Below the pieces are notes generated by a model. The model was not told the origin of the DNA. It saw nothing but the letters and a program-made list of their open reading frames with translations, and made no database searches. A program made the translations under genes and the position numbers. Below, piece after piece: positions 13,897 to 26,440 of a stretch of 64,000 nucleotides of DNA. Numbering within the stretch: position 1 is the stretch's first letter; the number at the start of each line of letters is the position of its first letter. Source of the DNA: Sphyrna mokarran (taxonomy: Eukaryota); NCBI GenBank assembly GCA_024679065.1, contig JAGIQG010000012.1, forward strand, positions 48,856,001 through 48,920,000. Reading direction: 5' to 3'.

Positions 13897-14428
13897 GAGT
13901 CATAGAGATCATAGAGGTTCACAGCATGAAATAGGCCCTTTGACCCAACTTGTCCATGCCGCCTTTTTTTCAAAAACACCTAAACTAATCCCTAAGCTAA
14001 TCCATATCCCTATATACCCAACATACCCATGTAACTATCTAAATGATTTTTTAAAAGATAAAATTGTATCCGCCTCTGGAACTACTACCTCTGACAGCTT
14101 GTTCCAGACACTCACCACCTCTGTGTGAAAAAATTGCCCTTTTGGACACTTTTGTATCTCTCCCTTCTCACCTTAAACCTGTACCCTCTAGTTTTAGACT
14201 ATCCTATCTTTGAGAAAAGATAAGATATTGACTAGCTGATCTATACCTCTCATTGTTTTATAGACCTCTGTAAGTTCACCCCTCAGCCTCTTATACTCCA
14301 GAAGAAAAAGTCCCAGTCTATCCAGTCTGTCCTTTTAATTCAATCTACCAAGTCCCAGTCACATCCTAGTAAATCTTTTTCTAGTTTTCTGTAATCTTTC
14401 TAGTTTAATAATATCCTTTCTATAAGAG
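13897..14428 (-). mobile_element. CR1 3' fragment nested antisense in CR1
   Basis: Closely similar to 5838-6340 (aaagataaaattgta..ccagacactcaccacc..gaaaaaattgcc). Confidence 0.85.
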
Positions 14429-14715
14429 GATGATAGGATTGAGGGAAGCCTTTTATTAATCTCTCTATAATGACTAGGGGATCAAGAAAGCATTTGGAAT
14501 AGTTTTCTTTATTGGGTGAGCTATTGAACGCAAGGATGTAATGATGGAACTGTATGAAATACCAGTTAGTCAAAACTGGAGGTTTGTGTATAATTCTGGT
14601 CATCACATTACGGGAAGGACTTAATTGTTCTAGAGAGAGTACAGAAGTATACAAGAATGCTGTTTAGGCCAGAAAATTACAGCTATGAGGAAGACTGGAT
14701 AGGCTGGGGTGTTTT

Positions 14716-15738
14716 AATTTGATTTATTACTGTCAAATGAACTGGGATATAGTGAAAAGCATTGCTTCTTGCAGGCTATACAGATAAAATATATAATTCA
14801 TATAGTACATAGGGGTGAAGGAAAGGAGAGCTGCATAATATAGTACAGCATTTACAGGTGCAGTGAAAAGAAAGATCAGCTTAATATATGATAGGACCAT
14901 TCAAATATCTGATGGCAGCAGGGAAGAAGCTGTTCTTGAGTCTGTTTGGCATATGTTTTCAGATTCTTGTATCTTTTCTCCAACAGAAGAAGATGGAAGA
15001 AAGTTCGGGGTGTGTGGGGTCCTTGATTATGCTAGCTGCTTTCCCAAGGCAGCAGGAAGTGTAGACAGAATCAATTGATGGGTGGCTGGTTTCTGTAACG
15101 GACTGGGCTATGTTCACAACTCTTTCTTGTAGCCTTGTTCAGAGCAGGAGCCATACCAGACTATGATATATCCAGATATGATGCTTTCTGCAGTGCATCT
15201 GTAAAAATTGGTGAGATTCACAGTGGGCATGTTGAATTTCCTTAGCCTCCTGAGGAATTAGAGGCGTTGGTGAGCTTTCTTTATTTTGGCATTGGTATGG
15301 AGGACAGATTGTTAGTGATTTGAACATCTAGAAACTTGAATCTCTCAACCATTTCTCTTTTTCATGATGTTGATGTAGGTAGACGCATGTCCTCTCCTAT
15401 GTTTCCTGAAGTCGATGACTATCTTCTTCATTTTACTGACATTGAGTGAGAGATTATTGTCATCACATCATTTCTCTATGTTGCCTATCTCTTTCCTGTA
15501 CTCTATCTCATTGATGCATGAGATCTGATCCACTACAATGGTGTCATCAGCAAACTTGAAAATGGAGTTGGAGGGGAATTTGGCCACACAGTCACAAGTG
15601 TATAAGGAGTATAGTAAACTGCTGAGAATATAGCTCCTGCTAGGCACTGATGTTGAGGATAATCATGGAGGAGGTGTTATTACCTACCCTTACTGATTGT
15701 GGTCTGTGGGTTAGGAAGTCAAGAATCCACTAACAGGT
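14716..15738 (-). mobile_element. Rex1/Babar-type LINE, RT and 3' end
   Basis: Minus translation gives KFADDT and KAHQRL*FLRRLRKFNMPTVNLTNFYRCTAESIISGYIIVWYGSCS (DUF1891-like C-terminus). Confidence 0.75.
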
Positions 15739-17039
15739 GAAGAGCAAAGCAGATTGTATTTCTTCGAACAAAGGAGACTAAAGGGTTATCTAATCGAGAT
15801 GTACAAAATTATGAAGATCCTAGATAGGATGAACAACAACTTATTTCCCTGAGAAAAGGATCACATACCAGGGGGCATAGATTTAAAATGATCAGTAAAA
15901 GAATGAGAGGGAACAATGAGGAAAACCTTTTTATCCAGAGGGTGATGGACGTCTACCCAAGATGGTTGTTGGGGCTGAAACACACAACTAGACCTGCATC
16001 TGAAGTGCTGTCACATGTGAGGCTACAGCCAGGCACTGGAAAATGGGATTAAAATGAGCAGCTCCTCTTTTTTGGCTGGTGAAGACATGATGGGCTGAAT
16101 GGCCTTTCGCTGCAACATAATGTTTCTCTGGTTCGATGGTTCTAAATAAAGCCAATGGTTACCTTTATATTCCAGCACCAAGAGATTAATAAAAGGCTTC
16201 CCTTAATCAACAGGCAAATCTGTATAAAGTCTTGAAGGAAAGTTAAATGTAAAGAAACAAGCTATTTAAAATCAATATTCATGTCCAATGCTCCAGATCT
16301 TTCCTGCTGCCCTATTCTTTCACTTTCTCTTTACAAGGCTTCTCAAACTCAGGGGTGCTGTCAATCGGTTTGAATAGGTTTTGAGCTCCCTTTCCTGTTC
16401 ATAGTTACCATCGGCGGATTCAAGCTGCTCTCTTCATTGCTCTGTCTCCTACCACATATAACTCACGAGTCCTGGACCTCTCCTTGCTGCTTTTTCCGTC
16501 ACCTCATGATATCTGGCTCTGCTCTTTCAACTTGCCAAAGACATTTTTCCCCATTGGGAGCAGCCCACAGGGACCAATCAGTTCCCCTGTTCATTGCTGT
16601 CCCTTACCATCACCACTCCTGCCAGAGGCCTAGATATAGACATTTTTAGCAGGTGAAAACAGGACCCCATATTGCTTTATGTTGTCCAGTCGCATCAGGT
16701 GATAGATAATTAAATCTCATATCCATTCATATCAGCGTCCTTTGGATTTCCTCGATAAATAAGACTTCTACATCAACGCACCCAAAGCACAAGAGAAAAT
16801 CTATACCAAACGTATATTTTCAAAATAATCACTGCTCACAATTCATCACTATGCGATTAATAATTGAGGTGTCTTGTTAGTATAGACTAAAGCTGCCGTT
16901 GCTGTGGAAACCATCCAGTTTATATGTGGATGTATTCCAAGGAACAGCAATTGTGTGAATGTCACCATTTGCCAGTTTATTCATCGTTAGCTAAAACAGG
17001 TGCAGAATCATAAGTTGAAACAAAAGTTACAATTTTGTT

Positions 17040-17200
17040 CTTTAAAAAGCACTTAGACAGTTACATGGGTATAGAAAGATAGCGACCAAACATAGGCAAT
17101 TGGAACTAGCTTAGAGGTTTAAAAGGAAAGGACAGCATGGATAAGTTGGGCCAAAGAGCCTGTTTCTATACTGTAAACCTCTATGACTTTATGACTCTAT
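17040..17200 (+). mobile_element. CR1 3' terminal fragment
   Basis: gttgggccaaagagcctgtttctatactgtaaacctctatgactttatgactcta: CR1 terminal hairpin region plus 8-nt tail repeats. Confidence 0.8.
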
Positions 17201-17504
17201 ATAGCCTCTTTTGGCTCATCAGTGATATACATCTCAATTATTGCAGAAACTTGCAAATGACATTGGTCCCAAGATCCAAGAATTTATAAAGTAAACATTG
17301 TTTTTAAATGGAGGCTGGCTATTGTGGTTAAGTTTCAGAAACCAGCATATCTCATTTAGTCAACATACTTGCGTGGAGTGTCGAAGTTACTCATCCAATC
17401 ATAAAATATAGCAACCTCTTCCTCTTGCAGCAACATTTATATTTGCTGATAATGTAAATATTAGCAAAAATTAACCTTGATACCTTTTGAACAAGTATCA
17501 TCCA

Positions 17505-17820
17505 GAATCATAAAATCCATACAGAACAGAAGGAAGCCATTCAGCCCATCGAGCCTGCACTGACAACAATTCAGGTTCTATCCCCATAGCTCCACATATT
17601 TACCTTGCTAGTCCCCCTGATAATAAGCGGCAATTTAGCATGACCAATCAACCTAATTTGCACATCTTTAGAGTGTAGAAGGAGACTGGAGTACCTGGAG
17701 GAAACCCACATGACATGGGGAAAATGAGCAAACTCCACACAGACGGTGACCCGAAGGCAGAATTGAACCTGTGTTCCTGATGCTGTTGAAGTAGCAGTGC
17801 TACTTCCCACCATACCACAC
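17505..17820 (-). mobile_element. HE1-type SINE (CR1-derived tail)
   Basis: tRNA-like head near 17820, HE1 core, tail ending ttctgtatggattttatgattct. Confidence 0.8.
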
Positions 17821-18184
17821 AATGTAAGCTCAGTTACGCTGCAGAATTATATTTGTTACTTGTGGCCAATCTCTCAAAGAAATTCACTAACAGGCATGTT
17901 TTCAAATTTGATATCTAGCATCTAACCAATGAACAATTAACAGGCAACCAGAAGACATATGGGGATGCAGTTTCCTACACCACTACTATCATGCCCTGGC
18001 TTTGGACAGTGATACACATGGTGTGCTACTCTTACCCCAGCCAAACTGTGGCTTAAGTTAGTTTCCTGAGCCATTTACATGGACTCATACCCCAGGCACC
18101 GATCCACCTACTTGCAAAGATTCATGTCAAAACAAAGCAGAGGATTAAAATGGAGTCCAGTTGCAAGTATGATCACTGGTCTTC

Positions 18185-18420
18185 ACTGTGTCAGGATAAG
18201 AGGCCATCATTTAGGACTGAGATGATGAGAAGTTACTTCATTCAAAGGAATCATAGTTGAATACATTCATGAGATATACGGATTTTTGATTTCTCAGGAA
18301 ATTTAGGAATATGGGGAACAGACAGGAAAAGGGGGTTGAAGCACAAAATCAGCCATGATCATATTGAATGACTGAGTAGGCTCAATGTGTGATAAGCTTT
18401 ACTCCTGCTCATACATGTTC
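18185..18420 (+). mobile_element. CR1 3' fragment
   Basis: tttaggactgagatgatgagaagttacttc..cagccatgatcatattgaatg, as in other CR1 ends here. Confidence 0.7.
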
Positions 18421-19628
18421 TTGTGGGTCTGCAAGCTATTTATTTCTAGGGAAACCCTAAAGTCCAAAGACGAGGTGGTCACTTTGACTTTCTGAGGCCC
18501 TGTTGGACAGTACACCATGATCCTGGGGTCACTCTGCACCTGGATCCATGAATATAAACATTGCAGAATTGCTACAATTTAAAGATAAGATTGGAGACCA
18601 GGAATATCACTTCCCATCTCCTTAACACATCAAATACAGGCTTTCGTCTACTGCAGAAATAGTCATGGGTTCGGCCCTGTTTCTCCCATGGAAATCCTGG
18701 GGCAACATAAAAGTAGTTAAAAACTGAACAGTAAATCTTTCCTTCCCTTTCATCTGACTATTACATATGTTCAAATCAGGAAAAAAAAATCAGGCACAGA
18801 AATAGAAAAAATGGTCTCTTATTGTTTTCAATATTATTTATTTTCTTTATTGCTTTTTGAATGTAATAGTTTTAATGATGTTCACACATATGCTATTTAT
18901 ATGGTAATCCTGGTTCTGTGCATAGGCAGAGCAGTGAAGTTTAATAAATAGGGATTAGGAAACATGATTTGTCAAGGCTTACTAACATGATTAAATTGAA
19001 GAGATTTTTTTTGCCTCCAAATGGGATTTGTTTATAGTGTTGCATTGCAATCAGTCAAATTGTATTGAAGATTCAAATAAAAAGGTCAGGATGTGGGAAA
19101 GATATGCATAGAGCGGGGATGTCAATGTGTCAGAGTTGAATCTCAATAAACTTGACAGTTTGTTATATTATCAGACACACAAGATTATGTTTACCTTCAA
19201 TTTCTAGGTAGAACATTAGTCATGCCTATACCTTGAGAAATGGACTGAAACCAGTGGGGTTTCTAGATTTACATAATGAGAGCAATCTTCCAGAGCCATG
19301 AACACCACTCATTGGGAGTTCACCATTGTGGAGGCAGACACTTGCACACTGCTGTGGGATTTAAACACCCAGAACAACTGTAAGGAGCAACACTGCAAAT
19401 AATTAGTTTTTGCAGTAGCATCTTCAACATTAGATTATCTGATGGAATCTAAGAACAAATTAAATACTTCAGGTTAACTGGTGAGGTTGTAGGGGCTCAG
19501 GCTTCCTGAAATCAGGCCCACTGGAAAAAATATGGAATTCCCATCACAGCCTCCTATACGGAAACCAACACAGTAGTAATGGTGAGAGTTATTAGTGTCA
19601 TCAGCATAATTACACACCTAGTTATAGA

Positions 19629-19856
19629 GAGTGGAATTTTCCAGCCCTTCCCACTGGAATCTTCCAGTCCTGCTGAAGATGACCTCTTCCTGCAGTTTCC
19701 CCTGGTGCTGGGATGGGCCAGTCACGGAAAATGCCATAGACATTTGCGGGACCAGAAGATCCTATCAACAGCCAATTGTGAACCCCTCCACCTCCACCTC
19801 CACCGCTGGAAAATATGCCGCAGTTGTGGGGGCAGGAAGAGTGGAATTCCCACCCA
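19629..19856. mobile_element. Harbinger-type MITE
   Basis: Ends gtggaattttcc and ggaattcccaccc; partial inverted copy at 20194-20312. Confidence 0.6.
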
Positions 19857-20844
19857 CAGTAGAGTGAAGAGTTTGCCAATCTTGATGAGTCTGGAAAAGT
19901 AAGAGGAACCAACCATGGCTTTAAATTTGCACTGAACAAAACAGGTTGTAACATAGACTCAATAACTGGAATTTCAACACTGCATCCTGGCAGGAACAGA
20001 TTGGAAATACTTCCAAAATGGTGAACAATCACAGCTCACATTGTTTTCACCAGACAGAAAGATTGAAAATTCAGCCCCCTTGTGTGGGAGGAGTGATGGG
20101 AATTGCAAGCATGCATAGTTTGGTGCATTCTTGCAAGTTGTGGCTGTGTCCTGCTTTTTATCAGCCTGTCTATATCTGGTCATACTGTTCAGACAATGTC
20201 TGTGGCATTTTCTGTGACTTGCCCATTCCGGCACCAGGGAACCTGCGGCAAGGGGTCACCTTCAGTAGGACTGGAAGGTTCTGCTGGTAGGAAGGGCTGG
20301 AAAATCCTGCCCTCTATAGCCATGTGTGCAAATGAAGAGATAGGTGGTCTGAGTAAACATGATTCCATTGCTGTGGATGATGTTGGAAAATGGCTGCAAA
20401 TACATAAAGAGGAACGCCAAGGATAAGTTGATATTCTTGTTTAATCATTGCCTGCTAGTCCTCACCGAGATCCTCTGAACATAATTGGCTCTTTATTCAA
20501 TGCTTAGCTTTCTATTAACTCCTGGTGTGAAGCATTTCAGCTGAGTTTCTGTCATATCACTGCAATTAAATAGCACTAAGAGACATGAATGACATCATGA
20601 GCAGTGCAGTAACTTTCTTCAACCTCCAAATGGAACTTAATAGCTAATCATGCTACTCACTGCCTCCTTTGATCAAATATTCTCCAGCCATACAGACAAG
20701 GTTAGTGTTACTTTATTTATTTCCCCCCACACCATGGTGAGATGATGGTATAGTGCTACCTAGCCCTAGGAAGCCCAGGAGAATGGTGAGTTAAGATTCC
20801 ACTACGGCAGTTGGTGGAACTTAAATTCAGTTAACCAATATTCT

Positions 20845-23800
20845 TGCTCCCTGTTTGGACAGGAATGAGTATTGCAGGAAGGATGAGTAAATTGACCACA
20901 GCACTGTGGCACAGGGAGCCAGTCAAATAAGGGAAGGAAAAAGAAATGTGGTTGTAATTGGGGATAGTATAATTAGGGGCATTGACACTGTTCTCTGTCA
21001 CCAAGATCAAGAATTCTGAAGGTTGTGTTGCCAGCTAGTGTTAGCATTCAGGAAAACTCATTTGGGCTGCAGGGGAACTTGGAGTCGGAGGGTGAAGATT
21101 CAGTTGACATGGCCCATGTAGGTACCATGACATAGGTGGAATAGGAACACTGCTAAGAGAATATGAATAACTAGGAGCTAAATTCAAAAGCAGAACCAAA
21201 AAGGTAATAATCTCTGGATTACTACCTGAGCCACGAGCTAATTGGTACAGGGTCAATAAGACTAAGGAGGTAAATGCATAGCTCAAAGATTGGTCTGGGA
21301 GGAATGGGTTTAAATTCATGGGACATTGGCACCAGTATTGGGGAAGAGGGGACTTGTTCCAATGGGACAGTTTTCATCTGAATCGTGCTGATACTCGAGT
21401 CCTGCTGAATCATATAACTAGGGCTGTAGATAGGCTTTAAATTAAATAGTGGAGTGAGGTTTCAGTTATATGGAGAATTAGAAAATTAAAGTGAAAGGAG
21501 AGGGTAGGAGTGCAGGTTAAAGATGAGGACTTTCAACTAGTTGAAGGAGCCGAGGGCTCAGGAGAGATTATTAAAGTCTCCAGACCATATAATAGATCAG
21601 AGAGTATTGAAGGTAGCAGGAATCTAACCTCAGGCAGAGCAAAAAGGATGACAAGTATGAGAAGGGAGGTGGTCAATGCAGGACTGAGGGTGTTATATCT
21701 AAAGGTATGCAGTACACTGAACACGGTAAATGAGCTTGTAGTGTACGTGAAAATTGGCCAGTAGGGTGTTGTGAGCATCACAGAGATGTGGCTCCATGGG
21801 GATCAGGGCTGGAATCTAAATATCTGAGGATATGTATCCTGCTGAAAGGACAGCCAGGTAGGCAAAGGGGGTGGAGTTGCATTGTTATTGAGGAATTAAG
21901 TTAAATCAATCACAAGAAGCAATATAGGATCAGAAGACGTAGAATCTCTGTGGATAGAGTTGAGGAATCTCAAAGGTAAAAGGCCATGATGGGAGTTATG
22001 TATAGGCCTCTTAGCAGTAGTCAGGATATGGGGCAGAAAATAAATCAGGAGATAGAAAAGACATATAAGAACAAAGAACAAAGAAAATTACAGCACAGGA
22101 ACAAGCTGTTCGGCCCTCCAAAGCCTGCATCAACCATGCTGCCTGACTTAACTAAATACGCTTCCAAGACCATATCCCTCTAATCCCATCCTATTCATGT
22201 ACCTGTCAAGACATCCCTTAAAAGTCACTACCATATCCATTTCCACTATCTCCCTCAGCAATGAGTTCCAGGCACCCACTACTCTCTGTATAAAAAATCT
22301 GCCTCGTACATCTCCTTTAAACTTTGTCCGTTGCACCTTAAACCTTTTCTCCCTAGTCATTGTCTCTTCCACCCTGGGAAAAATCTTCTGACTGTCCACT
22401 CTATCCATGCCTCTCATAATCTTGTAAGATTCTATCAGGTCTCCCCTTAACTTCTGTCATTCCAGTGAGAACAAACCAAGTTTCTCCAACCTCTCCTCAT
22501 AGCTAATACCCTCCATACCAGGCAACATCCTGGTAAATCTTTTCTGTACCTTCTCCAAAGCCTCCACATCCTTCTGGTAGTGTGGAGACCAGAATTGAAC
22601 ACTATATTCCATATATGGGCTAAGTACGGCTCTATAAATCTGCAATATGATTTGCCAATTTTTAAACTCAATGCCCTGGCCGATGAAGGCAAACATGCTG
22701 TATGCCTTCTTGACTACCTTCTCCACCTGCATTACCACTTCCAGTGACCAGTATATCTGTACACCCAGATCCCTCTGCCTATTAAAGCTCTTAAGAGTTT
22801 TGCCATTTACTGTATATTTCCTATCTGTATTAGACCTTCCAAAATGCATTACCTCACATTTGTCTGGATTAAATTCCACCTACCATCTCTCCCAAGTTTC
22901 CAGCTGATGTATACCCTCCTGTATGCTCTGATGGTCCTCATCGCTATCTGCAAATTCACAAAGGTATGCATCACCTGCAAACTAACTAATCAATCCAATG
23001 GCATTTTTCTCCAAATCATTTATATATATTACAAAGGTCCCAGCACTGATCCCTGAGGAACACCACTTTTCCCAGCCCTCCATTCAGAAACACACCCTTT
23101 CACAGCTACCTTCTACCTTCTTTGACCAAGTCTGTTTTGTATCCACCTTGCTACTTCACCTCTGATCCCATGCGATACCACCATCTGCACCTGAGGTAAA
23201 AAAGGCAATATTACAATAATGATGGGGGAGCTTCAATATGGTGGACTGAGAAAATCAGGTAGATAGTGGATCCCATGAAAAGGAATTTGTGGAATGTCTA
23301 TAAGATGGCTTTTTGGAGCAGCTTGTGACAGAGCATGCTAGGGAATAGGCAATTCTGGATTTAGTGATGTGTAATGAGGCAGACTTGATTAGGGAACTTG
23401 GGTAAAGGAACCCTTAGGGAGCAGTGGCCACAATATGATATAAGTTACCCTGAAGTTTGAGAAGGAGAAGCTGGAATCTGATGTAACGGTATTATAATTA
23501 AATAAAGGTAACTACAAAGACATGAGGGAGGCAATAGCCAGAGTTTATTGGGAAGGGACCCTAGAAAAGAAGATGGTGGAACAGCAATGGCAGGAGTTTC
23601 TAGGGGTTATTCGGGAGGCACAACAGAAATTAATCCCAATGAGGAGAAAATGTGCTAAGGGGAGAACCAGGCATCAATGGCTTAAAAGCAAAAGAGAAAG
23701 CATATAAAGTGGCAAGGATTAGTAGGAAGCCTTTAAAAGTGAGCAGAAAACAACTAAAAAAGCAAGAAGGGGGACAAAATGAATTATGAATGTAAGCTAG

Positions 23801-24730
23801 CTAATAATATAAAAGGTGAGAAGAGTTTTTTCAATATATATTAGAAGTAAGAGAGAGGCAAAAATAGCCATTGGACCACTGGAAAATGAGGGTGGAGAAA
23901 TAATAGGAACCGAATAGTTACTTTGCATCAGTCTTCACGGTAGAATACACCAGTGCGATGCCAGAGCTCCAGGAGAATCAAGGGACACAGATGAGTGCAC
24001 TGACTATCACTAAGGAGAAGATTCTGGGGGAACTGGAAAGTCTGAAGGTGGATAAACCACCTGAACTGGATGGACTACAACCAGGGTTCTAAAAGAGATA
24101 GCTGAGGAAATTGTGGAGGCATTGGTGGTGATCTTTCAGGAATCACTGGAGGCAGAGAGAGTCCCAGAGGATTAGAAAGTAGTTAATGAAACATGGCTGT
24201 TTAAGGAGGGACAGAGGCAGCAGCTGGGAAATTATAGGCCAGTTAGCCTGACTTCGGTCATTGACAAGATTTTAGAGTCCATTATTAAAGATAAGGTTGC
24301 AGAGTACTTGGAAGTGCATGATAAAATTGTACTCATTGGAAGTTAAAAGGATGAGGGGGGATCTTATTGAAATTTAAAAGACTGCAAGGCATGAATAAGA
24401 GTGGACATGGAGAGAATGTTTCCACTAATAGGAAAAACTAGAACCAGAGAGCACAATCTCATACTAAAGGGAAGATCCTTTAAAAAAGAGATGAGGAGGA
24501 ATTTCTTCAGTCAGAGAGTGGTGAATCTGTGGAATTCTTTGTCGCAAAAGGTTCTGGAGGTCATTTAGTGTCTTTAAGACAGAAATAGGTAGGTTCTTGA
24601 TTAATAAGGGTATCGGGGAAAAGGCAGGAAAATGGGGATGAGAAAAATATCAGCCATGATTGAATGGTGGAACAGTGAACTTGATGGGCCGAGTGGTTTA
24701 ATTCTGCTCCTATGTCTTATGGTCTTATGA
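20845..24730 (+). mobile_element. Long degenerate CR1: ORF1 SGNH esterase, endonuclease, partial RT, 3' UTR
   Basis: VVVIGDSIIRG..KVIISGLLPEP..WDSFHLN (ORF1 esterase); ITEMW, GVMYRP, ILDLVMCN (endonuclease); NYRPVSLTS; many stops. Confidence 0.9.
22064..23190 (-). mobile_element. Younger CR1 nested antisense in CR1
   Basis: ORF 22457-22879 MEFNPDKCEVMHFG..VQFWSPHYQKDVEALEKVQKRFTRMLPG and ORF 22148-22417; PQGSVLGP near 23040. Confidence 0.92.
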
Positions 24731-26264
24731 TCAATTGTTGTAAAAACTGACTTGCTTTACTAATGCTCTTTAGGGAAGGAAATTTGCCATCCTCACCTGC
24801 TCTGGCCAACATGTGACACAACACCCAAGACAATGTAGTTGACTCTTAACTGCTATTTGACATGGCCTATCAAGCCACTTCATTCAAGGATAATTAGGGA
24901 TGGGCAACAAAATGTTGGCTTACCAGCACGCTCATATCCTAAGAAAGATTATTTTAAAAATCACTCCTGGGATTCTCCATACAATCCATCCTTATCCCAC
25001 TTCTCATTCTTACATATATGCAACCCCTTTCCAACATCAACCTCAGAGATGGGGTTATTTTTCATGTATTTGATAAAAACATTCTACGTTATCTGTGCAC
25101 CAGTTATTTTGGCACCATGACTTCATGCTGTCAGGCTCTATGTCCAAATCGTGCCCTGGATGAGGAACAATTTTCTCTGACTGATATATTCTGAAGAATC
25201 TGATTTTGTACCTTTTATAAACTGTCCTTTATTTCCATTGACGTTCCTCACTCCTTCTGTGTCCCTGTGGAATTATTTTAAAATTCTTCATATCTTATTA
25301 TAATGAAAATAGGAACCCAACTAAGAGTTATGCACACACATTCTCTCCCTCACACATTGTTACAACCACATCAGGAGAATTATAAATGTCTCTCCTATTC
25401 TACTACTCCAGGTTTGACTGTAATAAAGTTTTATTTGTGAATTTAGACAGGGTGTGCTTTGCCAATACTATAGGAGTCCCATTATTTACATTTTCAGATT
25501 TAAAATTCTTAGGTTAAATAAAAAACAACATAAGTTTATTGAAAGTATCTTCCAAATTTTAAAAAATGGCAAATCACAGCCACATACACAGATGTCACAT
25601 ATATATTCTTCAGAATCAACACCCATACACCAGTACAGATGGCAAAATAAAAGAATAAGCTAATGGATTTTTTACAGTTTATGAATAAGATGAAAAAGGG
25701 ATATATAGTTTGCTGTCCTTTACCAGATCTTGATGTTGTGATTCCACATGGTGTCTGTTTTGTCTTCCTGGTATAGTTATATACACAACAGATTTCCTGT
25801 CATTATTTCTCAAAAGATCTCAGTTTGTTGTAGATTTCTCATTTCAGGATGGTTATTTTGCAAATCTAGACACAGTACTTTTGAGAGCAAAAAAAAGGCT
25901 TTTGCAGTTGGTTTTCTGTACAAAATTCTGATCTCTCTCTGCATAGTAACATAGTAAAGTGCCTTGCTAGCTGTATATATTCCCAGGAAATTCTATTAAT
26001 CCATGCATGTTGCAATCATTGCTTTCATAATCGGTAATTGTAGTTTAATATCTCATCTGAGAAACTTCTGTTAAGAATAGCATAAAAGAAATGGGGACTT
26101 CCACTCTCTCCAGAGGATTGAATGTCTTTTCTTCTTCATCCCGCATGATGGAATGCAAATTTGTCTGGCTGTCCTCTATTAAGAGGATTTCAGTTTATAT
26201 TTCAAATTCAGTCTGAAAAAATAGGAATTGTATATTTTAAACAAAAACAGCGCATCCTCAGAAC

Positions 26265-26440
26265 ATCACATACACTTGCACAGACACACTCTGATACAGT
26301 GATAGAGACACATACAGGAACACACAGTTATGCACACACACACACAAACTATACAGAAACAACATATGCATAGACACATACATATGTGCATGCAGATACA
26401 CACAGACACAAACTCACACCCACATGGACATACATGCATA
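26265..26440. repeat. Degenerate (CA)n-rich microsatellite
   Basis: Interrupted cacaca/cataca runs. Confidence 0.85.

Larger units (their letters stand above)
13215..16145 (+). mobile_element. CR1 LINE (RT to 3' UTR) split by three younger insertions
   Basis: Segments 13215-13629 (PQ.SVLGP, YINDLD..GKFADDTKIG), 13766-13896, about 14430-14715 and 15740-16145 are collinear CR1 ORF2 and 3' UTR. Confidence 0.85.
20734..24960 (+). mobile_element. SacSINE1/Deu-type SINE split by a 3.9-kb CR1
   Basis: 5' half 20734-20838 and 3' half 24730-24960 are collinear with intact copies at 41350-41712 and 47588-47905. Confidence 0.65.

Noticed and set aside
25419-26270. Possible solo LTR (TG..CA ends); similar impression at 11467-11995
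   Set aside because: No convincing target duplication or second copy in the window.
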